Source of the DNA: Alphaproteobacteria bacterium
GTDB lineage: Bacteria > Pseudomonadota > Alphaproteobacteria > RF32 > CAG-239
Assembly (NCBI GenBank): GCA_017464685.1
Contig: JAFTYO010000004.1
Span: forward strand, 1,306-65,305
Length of the DNA: 64,000 nt
Reading direction: 5' to 3'
Shown: in pieces, positions 38,428-47,159 of the stretch
Position numbering within the stretch: position 1 is the first letter of the stretch
Layout: every line of letters begins with the position of its first letter
Position numbers and translations under genes: made by a program
Notes under the pieces: generated by a model
The model's database searches: none
What the model was told of the DNA's origin: nothing
Seen by the model: only the letters and a program-made list of their open reading frames with translations

Positions 38428-39270
38428 TTATAAACCATATGCAAATAACCAATACACAAACGGAGCTGCAAAAATTAAGCCATCAACTCTGTCGAAAACA
38501 CCGCCATGCCCCGGAATTAAAGAACTTGAGTCTTTAACTCCCAATTTACGTTTAATTGCCGATTCGATCAAATCACCAATCTGAGAAACCGCTGCAATAA
38601 TACCACCTAACACAACAAAAAATGTCTGTGTATTATTATCTATTTTAATTACAGAAAACTCAGCTAAAATCCAAATGTATATATAACTTGCAGCCATTGC
38701 AAAAACAATTCCGCCAATTAAACCGGACCATGTTTTATTAGGACTGATTTTAGGAGCAAGTTTTGGTCCCTTTACATTGCAACCTACAATAAAACCACCT
38801 ATATCCATTGCCCAAACCATTATAAAAAACCACAGTGTCATATAAAAATTATACGGATGATGAACTAACACACCATGATAAATCCACAACAAAGATCCAA
38901 CGCCGATTGAAATGTATGAAACACCCAATGTCAACAAATTACGATGTTCTTCACTCTTTGCCTTAAACCATACAAAAAAACTTACCAAAACAATTGTTGA
39001 TATAATCATTGGGGTATCATACACAAACAGTGAAACAGCAAGCGATGTTATATATGCAGCCAAATATGTCGAAGATGACTTGCTGGGCATCATATTCGAC
39101 CATTCCCAAGCCAGAAGAACACCAACTATAAGTGCCAACACATCAACAAAAGGATACCCTCCCCATAATGCCCCTATTGCAACCGGTAACATCACTAACG
39201 CTGTCAAAATTCTTTTTGCCAACGAACCAAATTTTTTGGCTGTTTTCTTTTTTGTTTTAGGCCTTGCCAT
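38428..39270 (-). CDS. cdsA: Phosphatidate cytidylyltransferase
   Basis: Polytopic protein with the C-terminal signature S..KR..GVKDSS.LIPGHGGV.DR.D. The start is trimmed to the ATG at 39270 (MARPKTKKK). The track ORF extends 34 codons into uppS. Confidence 0.9.
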   Translation of the reverse strand: MARPKTKKKTAKKFGSLAKRILTALVMLPVAIGALWGGYPFVDVLALIVGVLLAWEWSNMMPSKSSSTYLAAYITSLAVSLFVYDTPMIISTIVLVSFFVWFKAKSEEHRNLLTLGVSYISIGVGSLLWIYHGVLVHHPYNFYMTLWFFIMVWAMDIGGFIVGCNVKGPKLAPKISPNKTWSGLIGGIVFAMAASYIYIWILAEFSVIKIDNNTQTFFVVLGGIIAAVSQIGDLIESAIKRKLGVKDSSSLIPGHGGVFDRVDGLIFAAPFVYWLFAYGL

Positions 39271-39961
39271 ATCTTCTCTCCCTTGTTTTAAAATTTTCAA
39301 CAATATTAATAAGTTCTTTTTCCGTAAAATCCGGCCATAACGTATTTGTAAAAAACAACTCCGAATACGCAATCTGCCACAATAAATAATTACTTATTCT
39401 TTGTTCTCCACTTGTGCGAATAACTAAATCAGGATCTGGAATATCTGAGGTGTACAAAAGCTTTGAAAACATATTTTCATTTATATCCTCTGGCATAATA
39501 TCGCCTTTAGCAACAAGCTCCGCTGCTTTTTTTGCCGCATGAACAATTTCTTGACGAGAGCCATAACTTAAGGCAACCTGCAAAGTCATGCCTTTATTCT
39601 TTCGAGTTTCTTGTTCTAAAGCATCCATTTTTGCCACAATATCTGCATCAAGCATATACTTTTCACCGATAAAAATTATGCGAATATCATTTTTTTTCAG
39701 GTCTTCAAAATTTTTATCCAAATATTCTCTCAACAAATTCATCAAGCCTGAAATTTCTTCATCACTTCGCTTCCAGTTTTCGGTTGAAAAAGCATAAACC
39801 GTTAAATATTTCACTCCTGTGTTTTTAGCCGCTTTTGCAATTTCAAGTAAGGTTTGAGCCCCTTTTTTATGCCCTGCATTACGGACAAGGCCTTGTTTTT
39901 TTGCCCACCTACCGTTACCATCCATAATTATGGCAATATGTTCCAAAGTTTTATCAGCCAC
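39257..39961 (-). CDS. uppS: Undecaprenyl diphosphate synthase
   Basis: HIAIIMDGNGRWA, YAFSTENW.R, IRTSGE.R.SN.LLWQ.AY.E. Confidence 0.95.
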   Translation of the reverse strand: MADKTLEHIAIIMDGNGRWAKKQGLVRNAGHKKGAQTLLEIAKAAKNTGVKYLTVYAFSTENWKRSDEEISGLMNLLREYLDKNFEDLKKNDIRIIFIGEKYMLDADIVAKMDALEQETRKNKGMTLQVALSYGSRQEIVHAAKKAAELVAKGDIMPEDINENMFSKLLYTSDIPDPDLVIRTSGEQRISNYLLWQIAYSELFFTNTLWPDFTEKELINIVENFKTRERRYGKA

Positions 39962-39972
39962 TGCACAAAACC

Positions 39973-40536
39973 CTAAACTTGCATAATATCTTTTTCTTTT
40001 TGAGCCTGCAAATCATCAACTTTTTTAACAGCATCATCTGTAATTTTTTGAATATCAGTTTCAGCCTTTTTTTCTTCATCCTCCGAAATTAAATTATCTT
40101 TTTTAAGTTTTTTAACCTCATCAAGGGCATCACGACGAATGTTTCTGATTGCAACTTTGTTTTGTTCGGCATATTTACCGGCAACTCTTACAAGCTCTTT
40201 TCTGCGTTCTTCACTAAGTGGCGGTATAGGTACCCTGATTAACGTTCCATCCGACACCGGATTTAATCCTAAATCGCTTTCTCTTAAAGCCTTTTCAACA
40301 CTTTTTGCAATCGACTTATCCCAAACACTAACCGACAGTGTTCTGGCATCAGGGACACTAACCGTTCCGACCTGAGAAATCGGAGTTAAAGAGCCATATG
40401 CTTCAACCATAATACCATCAAGCAAGCTTGCATGAGCACGACCTGCACGCAACCCGCCGAAATCAACCTTTAACGATTCCAAAGTTTTATCCATACGAGT
40501 TCTCGCATCATTTTTAATATTGTTAATATCAGACAT
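39973..40536 (-). CDS. frr: Ribosome recycling factor
   Basis: 187 aa with RTGRA-like GLRAGRA, P.TEERRKELVK-like PPLSEERRKELVR, and RNIRRDA. Confidence 0.95.
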   Translation of the reverse strand: MSDINNIKNDARTRMDKTLESLKVDFGGLRAGRAHASLLDGIMVEAYGSLTPISQVGTVSVPDARTLSVSVWDKSIAKSVEKALRESDLGLNPVSDGTLIRVPIPPLSEERRKELVRVAGKYAEQNKVAIRNIRRDALDEVKKLKKDNLISEDEEKKAETDIQKITDDAVKKVDDLQAQKEKDIMQV

Positions 40537-40537
40537 T

Positions 40538-41257
40538 TTAACCTCTATTTTTAATTACTGTAAATTTTCCTTTAGCACATACGGCATCTACTATTGAATT
40601 TTCTGATTGTTGTGAAAACACCACAATTGAAATATTATTTTCTTGAGCCATTGTTATGGCTGTTAAATCCATGACCCTAAGTTGTTTTTGCACAACTTCT
40701 TCAAAAGATATTTCATCAAAACGTTTAGCCATAGAATTTGTCTTCGGATCAGAATCATACACCCCATCAACCTGAGTAGACTTTAATATGGCATCGCAAC
40801 CCATTTCACAAGCACGCAATGCAGCTCCGGTATCTGTTGTAAAATACGGATTTCCGGTACCTCCGGCAAAAATTATGACCTTGCCATCACCAAGGTTTTT
40901 TATAGCCCTGCGATATATATACGTTTCACACACCTGAGGTATTCTCAAACCTGACATAACAACAACTCTCAAACCTTGCTTTTGTAAAGCATCTTGCAAA
41001 AACATAGCATTCATAACTGTTGCCATCATACCGATTTGATCAGCAACACTTCTGTTCATACCGGATGCCGCTTCCTTAGCTCCTCTAAAAATATTGCCTC
41101 CACCTATAACTAAACATACACCAACTCCCATACTATGTATAGATTTAATTTGTTTAGCAATATTTAGAACAATATTACCATCCACACCGAAAGACTTATC
41201 ACCCATAAGACCTTCGCCGGATAATTTTATTAAAACTCTTCTATAAGCAGGTTGCAT
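40538..41257 (-). CDS. pyrH: UMP kinase
   Basis: YRRVLIKLSGE, VIGGGNIFRG, FAGGTGNPYFTTDT, VDGVY.DP. The start is trimmed to the ATG at 41257, which has an aaggtg RBS. Confidence 0.93.
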   Translation of the reverse strand: MQPAYRRVLIKLSGEGLMGDKSFGVDGNIVLNIAKQIKSIHSMGVGVCLVIGGGNIFRGAKEAASGMNRSVADQIGMMATVMNAMFLQDALQKQGLRVVVMSGLRIPQVCETYIYRRAIKNLGDGKVIIFAGGTGNPYFTTDTGAALRACEMGCDAILKSTQVDGVYDSDPKTNSMAKRFDEISFEEVVQKQLRVMDLTAITMAQENNISIVVFSQQSENSIVDAVCAKGKFTVIKNRG

Positions 41258-41427
41258 AAAAACACCTTTCCATTTTGTTTTTTCCATATTAACGACTTTA
41301 TAGCAATTGTCACACCATTTTTCCACGATGTTAACAATTTATAAACATTAATTGTTTTTTATAAATTTTTTCACGCTTTAAAATAACTGCATATCGATTT
41401 ATCAACAATATATTATATTTTCATTTT

Positions 41428-41565
41428 ACCTCAAATTTGATTTAAATCCACATTAAGACTCTTTTTACTTGCAAAAAAAAAAAACGGTTTATGATGTGAT
41501 GTAAGAGGTCAAAATTGCCCTCTTAAAACTTAAAGTTAAACTGTTTTTAATAAGGATTAAAAATT
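41428..41565 (+). promoter_or_regulatory. Conserved promoter + 5' UTR element, copy B (repeat of 32855-32990)
   Basis: Core 41428-41495, containing TTGCAA, a spacer and TATGAT. The UTR stem-loop is t-aagagg (41502-41508) paired with cctctt-a (41519-41525). The leader is taaggattaaaaattATG. Confidence 0.6.
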
Positions 41566-42051
41566 ATGAGAACATATTTTCTTCTTGGTGCTGTGGCAAT
41601 GTTAATGACAACCACCGCCAACGCAACAAATCCGATAGCGGCAGGTGCTTTTCTAGCACAAGCGGCAATTGTTATGGCGGATTCTATAACTTGTAATGAA
41701 GATTTAACTATGGTGGCTGTTACAGATGATTCAAAATCAATTAATGTAACTATTAATCCTGACGGAAGTATTGAACGCAGTGCTCATCTTATACATATAG
41801 AAGGCACACCGGCCAAATGCACAATATCAAATGGAGTATTTACAAATATAGACAATTTTTCTGTTTCTCAAGAAACTGTTGTTTTTGAACCATCTTCTGA
41901 ATCTGATACGGCTCCAACTCTTTCAGATTTTACTTTTGCAATTGCTAATGATGGAACATCAGTATCTATCGGAGGCAATTTCTACATAGACAGTCCAACA
42001 TCATCAAGCACCTACACTTCTATTGTTTCTGTTATGTATTCATATGAATAA
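41566..42051 (+). CDS. Small secreted beta-sandwich protein, DUF4402/SCPU-like, paralog B
   Basis: Signal peptide MRTYFLLGAVAMLMTTTANA. The ITC motif and second Cys are conserved with paralog A. The C-terminus reads IGGNFYI....SSTYTSIVSVMY. Confidence 0.65.
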   Translation: MRTYFLLGAVAMLMTTTANATNPIAAGAFLAQAAIVMADSITCNEDLTMVAVTDDSKSINVTINPDGSIERSAHLIHIEGTPAKCTISNGVFTNIDNFSVSQETVVFEPSSESDTAPTLSDFTFAIANDGTSVSIGGNFYIDSPTSSSTYTSIVSVMYSYE

Positions 42052-42117
42052 TCTTGAAACTAAAAAATCGTATAAAATAACTTACCGTAACTTATTCTTA
42101 CTAATTCATCAAAATTT

Positions 42118-42145
42118 TACCGCCTCGTTAGAGGCGGTATTTTTA
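42118..42145. terminator. Rho-independent terminator sharing its stem sequence with 33451-33485
   Basis: taccgcctc-gtta-gaggcggta followed by T5, between the convergent paralog B and clpX. Confidence 0.8.
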
Positions 42146-42160
42146 CATTACAAACAGCTT

Positions 42161-43414
42161 TTAAGCGCTTTTACTTTCGGTTGACCTCACCAAAATCGGC
42201 TCACCGTTTCCGTTGACTGCCTTATCGGTAATAACAACTTCGGTAACATCTTTTGTATCCGGAATTTGATACATCAAATCTAAAAGCAATCCTTCCATAA
42301 TTGCTCTCAAGCCACGAGCTCCCGTTTTGCGCTCAATCGCTTTTTTCGCAATAGCCCTTAAAGCCTCATCATTTACGGTCAGTTTTACATCTTCCATATC
42401 AAACAAGGTGGTATATTGTTTCAAAAGTGCGTTTTTAGGCTCGGTTAAAACCTTAATTAAAGCATCTTCGTCCAAATCATTTAATGTAGCAATAATCGGA
42501 AGTCGGCCGATAAACTCCGGAATTAAACCGAATTTTAGCAAATCTTCGGGCTGAACATCTTTTAAAATTTCGCCGATTCCCCTATCTTCTTTTGAGGCAA
42601 CTTTAGCGCCAAACCCGATAGATGTATCTTTTCCTCTTGAACTGACAATTTTTTCCAGACCGGCAAAAGCACCTCCGCAAATAAACAAAATATTTGATGT
42701 ATCAACATGCAAAAATTCTTGCTGAGGGTGTTTTCTGCCACCTTGCGGCGGAACATTGGCAATGGTACCCTCAATGATTTTTAACAAAGCTTGTTGAACA
42801 CCCTCACCCGAAACATCTCGTGTAATTGACGGGCCATCGGTTTTTCTGGTGATTTTATCAATTTCATCAATATAAACAATACCTCTTTCGGCTTTTTCAA
42901 TATCATAATTTGCCGCTTGTACCAATTTTAAGATAATATTTTCAACATCTTCACCGACATATCCGGCTTCAGTTAAAGTTGTGGCATCGGCAATGGCAAA
43001 CGGAACATCTAAAATTTTTGCCAAAGTTTGCGCAAGCAAAGTTTTGCCCGAACCGGTTGAACCGATTAAGATGACATTAGATTTTGAAACATCAACATCT
43101 TTGTTATCTTTTTTGCAATTAAGTCTTTTATAGTGGTTATAAACCGAAACGGAAAGCACTTTTTTAGCTAAATCCTGCCCGATAACATATTGGTCAAGAA
43201 ACTCTTTGATTTTTGAAGGTGTCGGCAGATTTTCCGAAAAACTTCCGGTTTCTGATTGTTTTTCGTTATGAAGTTCATCCGATACAATATTGATACAAAC
43301 ATCAATACATTCATCACAAATATAAACACCTCGACCGGCAACAAGTTTTTTTACTTCATTTTGACTTTTGCCGCAAAAAGAACAATGTAAAACTTCATCT
43401 TTAGTATCACTCAT
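42161..43414 (-). CDS. clpX: ATP-dependent Clp protease ATP-binding subunit ClpX
   Basis: N-terminal zinc finger CSFCGK...C..C, Walker A GSTGSGKT, Walker [10 protein letters not shown], and GARGLR sensor. Confidence 0.97.
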   Translation of the reverse strand: MSDTKDEVLHCSFCGKSQNEVKKLVAGRGVYICDECIDVCINIVSDELHNEKQSETGSFSENLPTPSKIKEFLDQYVIGQDLAKKVLSVSVYNHYKRLNCKKDNKDVDVSKSNVILIGSTGSGKTLLAQTLAKILDVPFAIADATTLTEAGYVGEDVENIILKLVQAANYDIEKAERGIVYIDEIDKITRKTDGPSITRDVSGEGVQQALLKIIEGTIANVPPQGGRKHPQQEFLHVDTSNILFICGGAFAGLEKIVSSRGKDTSIGFGAKVASKEDRGIGEILKDVQPEDLLKFGLIPEFIGRLPIIATLNDLDEDALIKVLTEPKNALLKQYTTLFDMEDVKLTVNDEALRAIAKKAIERKTGARGLRAIMEGLLLDLMYQIPDTKDVTEVVITDKAVNGNGEPILVRSTESKSA

Positions 43415-43423
43415 AAAAAGCTC

Positions 43424-44053
43424 CTATTTTACAATTTCCAACCTATTGGTGACAATTTCATCTATGAGGCCAAATTCTTTAGCTTCCACCGGTGTCATAA
43501 AATTATCTCTATCCATAGCTTTTTCAATGACCGATAGTTTTTGCCCCGTATTTTGCGCATAAATTGTATTTAACCGTTTTCTTAAATCTAAAATAAGTTT
43601 TGCCTGAATTTCAATATCGGTTGCCTGACCCTTGGCGCCGCCTGAAGGCTGATGAATCATAATTTGTGAGTTTGGAAGCGAAAATCTTTTACCTTTAGCA
43701 CCGCCGGCAAGTAAAAACGATCCCATTGAACAAGCCTGACCGATACAAAGTGTGGAAACATCGCAAGAAATATATTGCATGGTATCATACATAGCAAGGC
43801 CGGAAGTCACCACACCGCCGGGGGAATTGATGTATAAATAGATGTCTTTTTTCGGGTCTTCGGATTCCAAAAACAATAACTGAGCACAGACAAGAGCCGA
43901 AACTTCATCATTAACTTCACCGGTTAAAAATATAATTCTTTCTTTTAACAATCTTGAAAAAATATCAAAAGAGCGCTCACCTCTTGATGTTTGCTCAACA
44001 ACCATCGGCACCAAGCTTGAGTTAAACACATCAACTATGTTCCTATTCATCAC
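43424..44053 (-). CDS. clpP: ATP-dependent Clp protease proteolytic subunit ClpP
   Basis: [18 protein letters not shown], the active-site context [11 protein letters not shown], and IMIHQP. Confidence 0.97.
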   Translation of the reverse strand: MMNRNIVDVFNSSLVPMVVEQTSRGERSFDIFSRLLKERIIFLTGEVNDEVSALVCAQLLFLESEDPKKDIYLYINSPGGVVTSGLAMYDTMQYISCDVSTLCIGQACSMGSFLLAGGAKGKRFSLPNSQIMIHQPSGGAKGQATDIEIQAKLILDLRKRLNTIYAQNTGQKLSVIEKAMDRDNFMTPVEAKEFGLIDEIVTNRLEIVK

Positions 44054-44216
44054 TTTTTTCCTTAAAAAATTACAAAATATTAATGATTATAGTTTACATT
44101 TAATCAACAAATGGTAAACAAAAAAGTATTTAAAGCTTAAAAATCTTAATTTTAGGTGTTTACAGTAAAATAAAATTTTGTTAAGCTCTAAGAAAATATT
44201 TTAAGGAGACAACCTT

Positions 44217-44675
44217 ATGTTTGGGCCTAAAACCCTCGATAAATTACCGCCGACGGCACCGGAAGTATACAGAAACAAACTTCGTTTGGAAGAATTAAGC
44301 GAATTTGATCCTTTTGTTATGACTGATTTAGGAGGTTTACAAGTTCTTCAAAATCCGGATTTTGAAGATTTCTATAAAGTTTTAAAGTCATTGCGTATCA
44401 CTGATGATAATGGTGTATATCTTCCTCGTCAAACCCAAGATTTGTATTTTGACTTGGTAAAAACATCTAAACAAGAAACTTTCTTGGAGCTTTTATATAA
44501 TTTTGCCATTCCGGATAAAGACTTATACATTGAGACATTAAAAGAAAAACTGATGATAAATATGGTAAATTTGGTTATTGACCCTGAAATTCCAACTGAC
44601 AGAGCATTGAGTGGCCCTGAGGTTTTTCAAGTGAAAGACACATTTAAAAATATGTTAGCATCTGCTCAAATGTAA
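44217..44675 (+). CDS. Hypothetical protein (152 aa)
   Basis: ORF with a good RBS (aaggaga 7 nt upstream). No recognisable motif. Confidence 0.55.
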   Translation: MFGPKTLDKLPPTAPEVYRNKLRLEELSEFDPFVMTDLGGLQVLQNPDFEDFYKVLKSLRITDDNGVYLPRQTQDLYFDLVKTSKQETFLELLYNFAIPDKDLYIETLKEKLMINMVNLVIDPEIPTDRALSGPEVFQVKDTFKNMLASAQM

Positions 44676-44699
44676 CTAAAAGATACATCTGATTTTTTG

Positions 44700-44724
44700 T
44701 TATCCCCGTTATCCACAGGGATAA
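44700..44724 (+). promoter_or_regulatory. Cluster of DnaA-box-like sequences embedded in a terminator-like hairpin upstream of dnaB
   Basis: TTATCCCCG (44700-44708), a perfect TTATCCACA (44709-44717), and a reverse-strand TTATCCCTG overlapping 44716-44724. TTATCCC/GGGATAA also form a 7-bp stem followed by T7. Confidence 0.45.
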
Positions 44725-44766
44725 TTTTTTTAAAGCTGATTTTAAATTAAAAATATATCAAAACAT

Positions 44767-46275
44767 ATGATAAAAGAAACACCCATATTTTACGGACTTA
44801 AAATGGAAAATATCGACACTTCAAATTTACCCAAAAACATCGAGGCCGAACAGGCTCTTATCGGCGCAATTCTTTCAAACAATAAAGCTTTTGAAAAAGT
44901 TTCCGAGTTTTTAAAACCTCAGCATTTTGCCGATTCCGTTCATGCAAAAATTTTTGAAATAATGTCAAAGCTGATTTTAAGGGGACATACGGCTGATGTC
45001 ATCACCTTAAAAAACTATTTTGAACAAGAAGGAATTTTATCAGATGTCGGCGGGGCAAATTATCTTATAAAACTTGCCGATAGCGCATCGGTTATGACCA
45101 ATGTGGAATATTATGCTCAATTTGTTTATGATAAATATTTGCGTCGTGAACTTATCAATACCGGTTCGGAAATTATTAATAATGCATTTAAAGAAAGTGC
45201 TGATTTATCCGCAACCGAACAAATTGAGGCGGCTGAACAACAGCTTTTTAATCTTTCCGATCAAGGTGAAACTCAAGGCGGATTTGTTGATTTTTCAACT
45301 GCTTTAACATCATCACTGGGCTACATTGAACAAGCATTTCAAAAAGAAGGAAAAATATCCGGACTTCCGACCGGTCTTGAAAAGTTGGATTATAAAACCG
45401 GCGGACTTAATAATTCGGACTTGATTATTATTGCCGGCCGTCCGGCTATGGGCAAAACCGCTCTTGCCACAAATATGGCTTACAATGTAGCCGAATATAT
45501 GAGCCGTGCCAAAAATATGGATTCGCACGATAAAGGTGTAGCTTTTTTTTCACTCGAGATGTCAGCCGACCAATTGGCCTCTCGTATATTGTCAACCGTT
45601 ACACAAACTGCCGGTAACAAAATGCGTACCGGCGAACTCGATAATGCCGAATTTACTCGCATTGCCGCTGCTGTTAGAGAACTTGAAACCATACCGTTAT
45701 ATATTGATGACACCCCCGGTGTAACCATAAATGCGATTCGCACTCGTGCAAGACGCTTAAAAAGAACTAAAGGTTTGGGTTTGATTGTTATAGACTACAT
45801 TCAACTTATTACCGGAAGCTCAAACAAAAAAAATGAAGGCAATCGTGTACAAGAGTTATCTGAAATTTCGAGAGGCTTAAAAATTATGGCCAAAGAACTG
45901 AAAGTTCCCGTAATTGCCCTTTCGCAATTAAATCGTGGTGTTGAACAAAGAGACGACAAACGCCCCTTAATGTCAGACTTAAGAGAATCCGGCTCTATTG
46001 AGCAAGATGCCGACATTGTAATGTTTGTTTACAGAGAAAACTATTATCTTAAAAACGAGGAGCCCAAACAAAAGGCTAGCGAGACACCGGATAAGTTCCA
46101 ACAACGCATTGAAGAATGGAAAAAAAGAGACAGAGAAACCGCCAATTTGGCCGAAGTTATCATCGGAAAACAACGTCACGGTCCCACAGGTACGGTAAAA
46201 CTTTTCTGGAATGGTGATTATGCTCAATTCGGCAATTTGGCAAATGAAGAACATTTACCTGAGCAGATAGGATAA
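44767..46275 (+). CDS. dnaB: Replicative DNA helicase DnaB
   Basis: IEAEQALIGAIL, Walker A AGRPAMGKTA, Walker B LIVIDYIQL, SQLNR, and IIGKQRHGPTG. The start could instead be the Met at 44803. Confidence 0.95.
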   Translation: MIKETPIFYGLKMENIDTSNLPKNIEAEQALIGAILSNNKAFEKVSEFLKPQHFADSVHAKIFEIMSKLILRGHTADVITLKNYFEQEGILSDVGGANYLIKLADSASVMTNVEYYAQFVYDKYLRRELINTGSEIINNAFKESADLSATEQIEAAEQQLFNLSDQGETQGGFVDFSTALTSSLGYIEQAFQKEGKISGLPTGLEKLDYKTGGLNNSDLIIIAGRPAMGKTALATNMAYNVAEYMSRAKNMDSHDKGVAFFSLEMSADQLASRILSTVTQTAGNKMRTGELDNAEFTRIAAAVRELETIPLYIDDTPGVTINAIRTRARRLKRTKGLGLIVIDYIQLITGSSNKKNEGNRVQELSEISRGLKIMAKELKVPVIALSQLNRGVEQRDDKRPLMSDLRESGSIEQDADIVMFVYRENYYLKNEEPKQKASETPDKFQQRIEEWKKRDRETANLAEVIIGKQRHGPTGTVKLFWNGDYAQFGNLANEEHLPEQIG

Positions 46276-46278
46276 AAA

Positions 46279-46656
46279 ATGAAAAAGATTGAAGATTATA
46301 CCGAAGATGAATGGGAAGATATCTGTATAAACTGCGGTAAATGTTGCCTGATAAAGTTGCAAGACGAAGAAACCGATGAAATTTATTATACCAATGTCGT
46401 TTGCAAATATTTTAATCAGGAAACTTGTAAATGCACCGTGTATCAAAACCGGTGCGAACTTGTGCCCGAATGTTTAAAACTGACCAAAGACAATGTCAAT
46501 AATATCAAGTGGATGCCAAAAACTTGCGCATACCGCAAATTGTTTGAGAATACTCCTGAAATTAAAACAAAATCCGTTAAAGGAAGATGTATATCCGAAA
46601 CCTTGATAAATCCGGAAAACATTGAAGACTATATTGTTGATTGGGAAGACCTATGA
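46279..46656 (+). CDS. YcgN/UPF0260-family Cys-rich protein, short paralog
   Basis: EWE..C..CGKCCL.K, TDEIYYTNV.C, C.C..Y..R...VP.C..L, W.PKTCAYR. Ends DYIVDWEDL. Confidence 0.75.
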   Translation: MKKIEDYTEDEWEDICINCGKCCLIKLQDEETDEIYYTNVVCKYFNQETCKCTVYQNRCELVPECLKLTKDNVNNIKWMPKTCAYRKLFENTPEIKTKSVKGRCISETLINPENIEDYIVDWEDL

Positions 46657-47159
46657 GCAAAAAAGAGCTAAATTTGGAGAATGAATATTCTCCGCAAGAC
46701 CGATACGATGATTTAAATGGTATTGAGCCAAATTTTTGGAAAACCAAAAAGCTTGAAGATATGAACAAAACCGAATGGGAACTTTTGTGTGACGGTTGCG
46801 GTAAGTGTTGTTTAAACAAACTGGAAATTAAAGGAAAAGTCAAATTTACCAATACGCATTGCCGATTCTTAAACTGTAAAAATTGTTTGTGCAAAATTTA
46901 TTATCACCGATTCGAAGTTGTACCCGATTGTCGAGATATTGACTTAAACGCAGTTCGTGAAAAGCCGAGATGGTTGCCTAAAACTTGCGCTTATTGGCTT
47001 TTGGACAACGGCTATGATTTGCCCGATTGGCACCCGTTAATAACAGGTAAGGCTTCAAGTGTCCATGAACAAGGCTATTCACTTGTCGGCAGAGAACTTG
47101 TAAATGAATCTGAGGTTGACGATTATGAAAATTACATTGTTGACTGGGAAGACCTTTGA
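46653..47159 (+). CDS. YcgN/UPF0260-family Cys-rich protein, full-length paralog
   Basis: FWKTKKLEDMNKTEWELLCDGCGKCCLNK..., WLPKTCAYWLL..G.DLPDWHPLITG closely parallels E. coli YcgN as I remember it. ATGA overlap with the preceding paralog. Ends NYIVDWEDL. Confidence 0.8.
   Translation: MSKKELNLENEYSPQDRYDDLNGIEPNFWKTKKLEDMNKTEWELLCDGCGKCCLNKLEIKGKVKFTNTHCRFLNCKNCLCKIYYHRFEVVPDCRDIDLNAVREKPRWLPKTCAYWLLDNGYDLPDWHPLITGKASSVHEQGYSLVGRELVNESEVDDYENYIVDWEDL

Noticed and set aside
44054-44766. Idea that the chromosomal replication origin lies at the clpP / ORF-152 / dnaB region, based on divergent gene orientation and the DnaA boxes.
   Set aside because: There is only one perfect box, in a 91-nt spacer. 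No dnaA, dnaN, hemE or parAB context is present. No obvious AT-rich 13-mer unwinding repeats are present. Gene orientation flips back to the minus strand after 48.8 kb. I kept it only as a regulatory-site finding. A GC-skew computation would be decisive.
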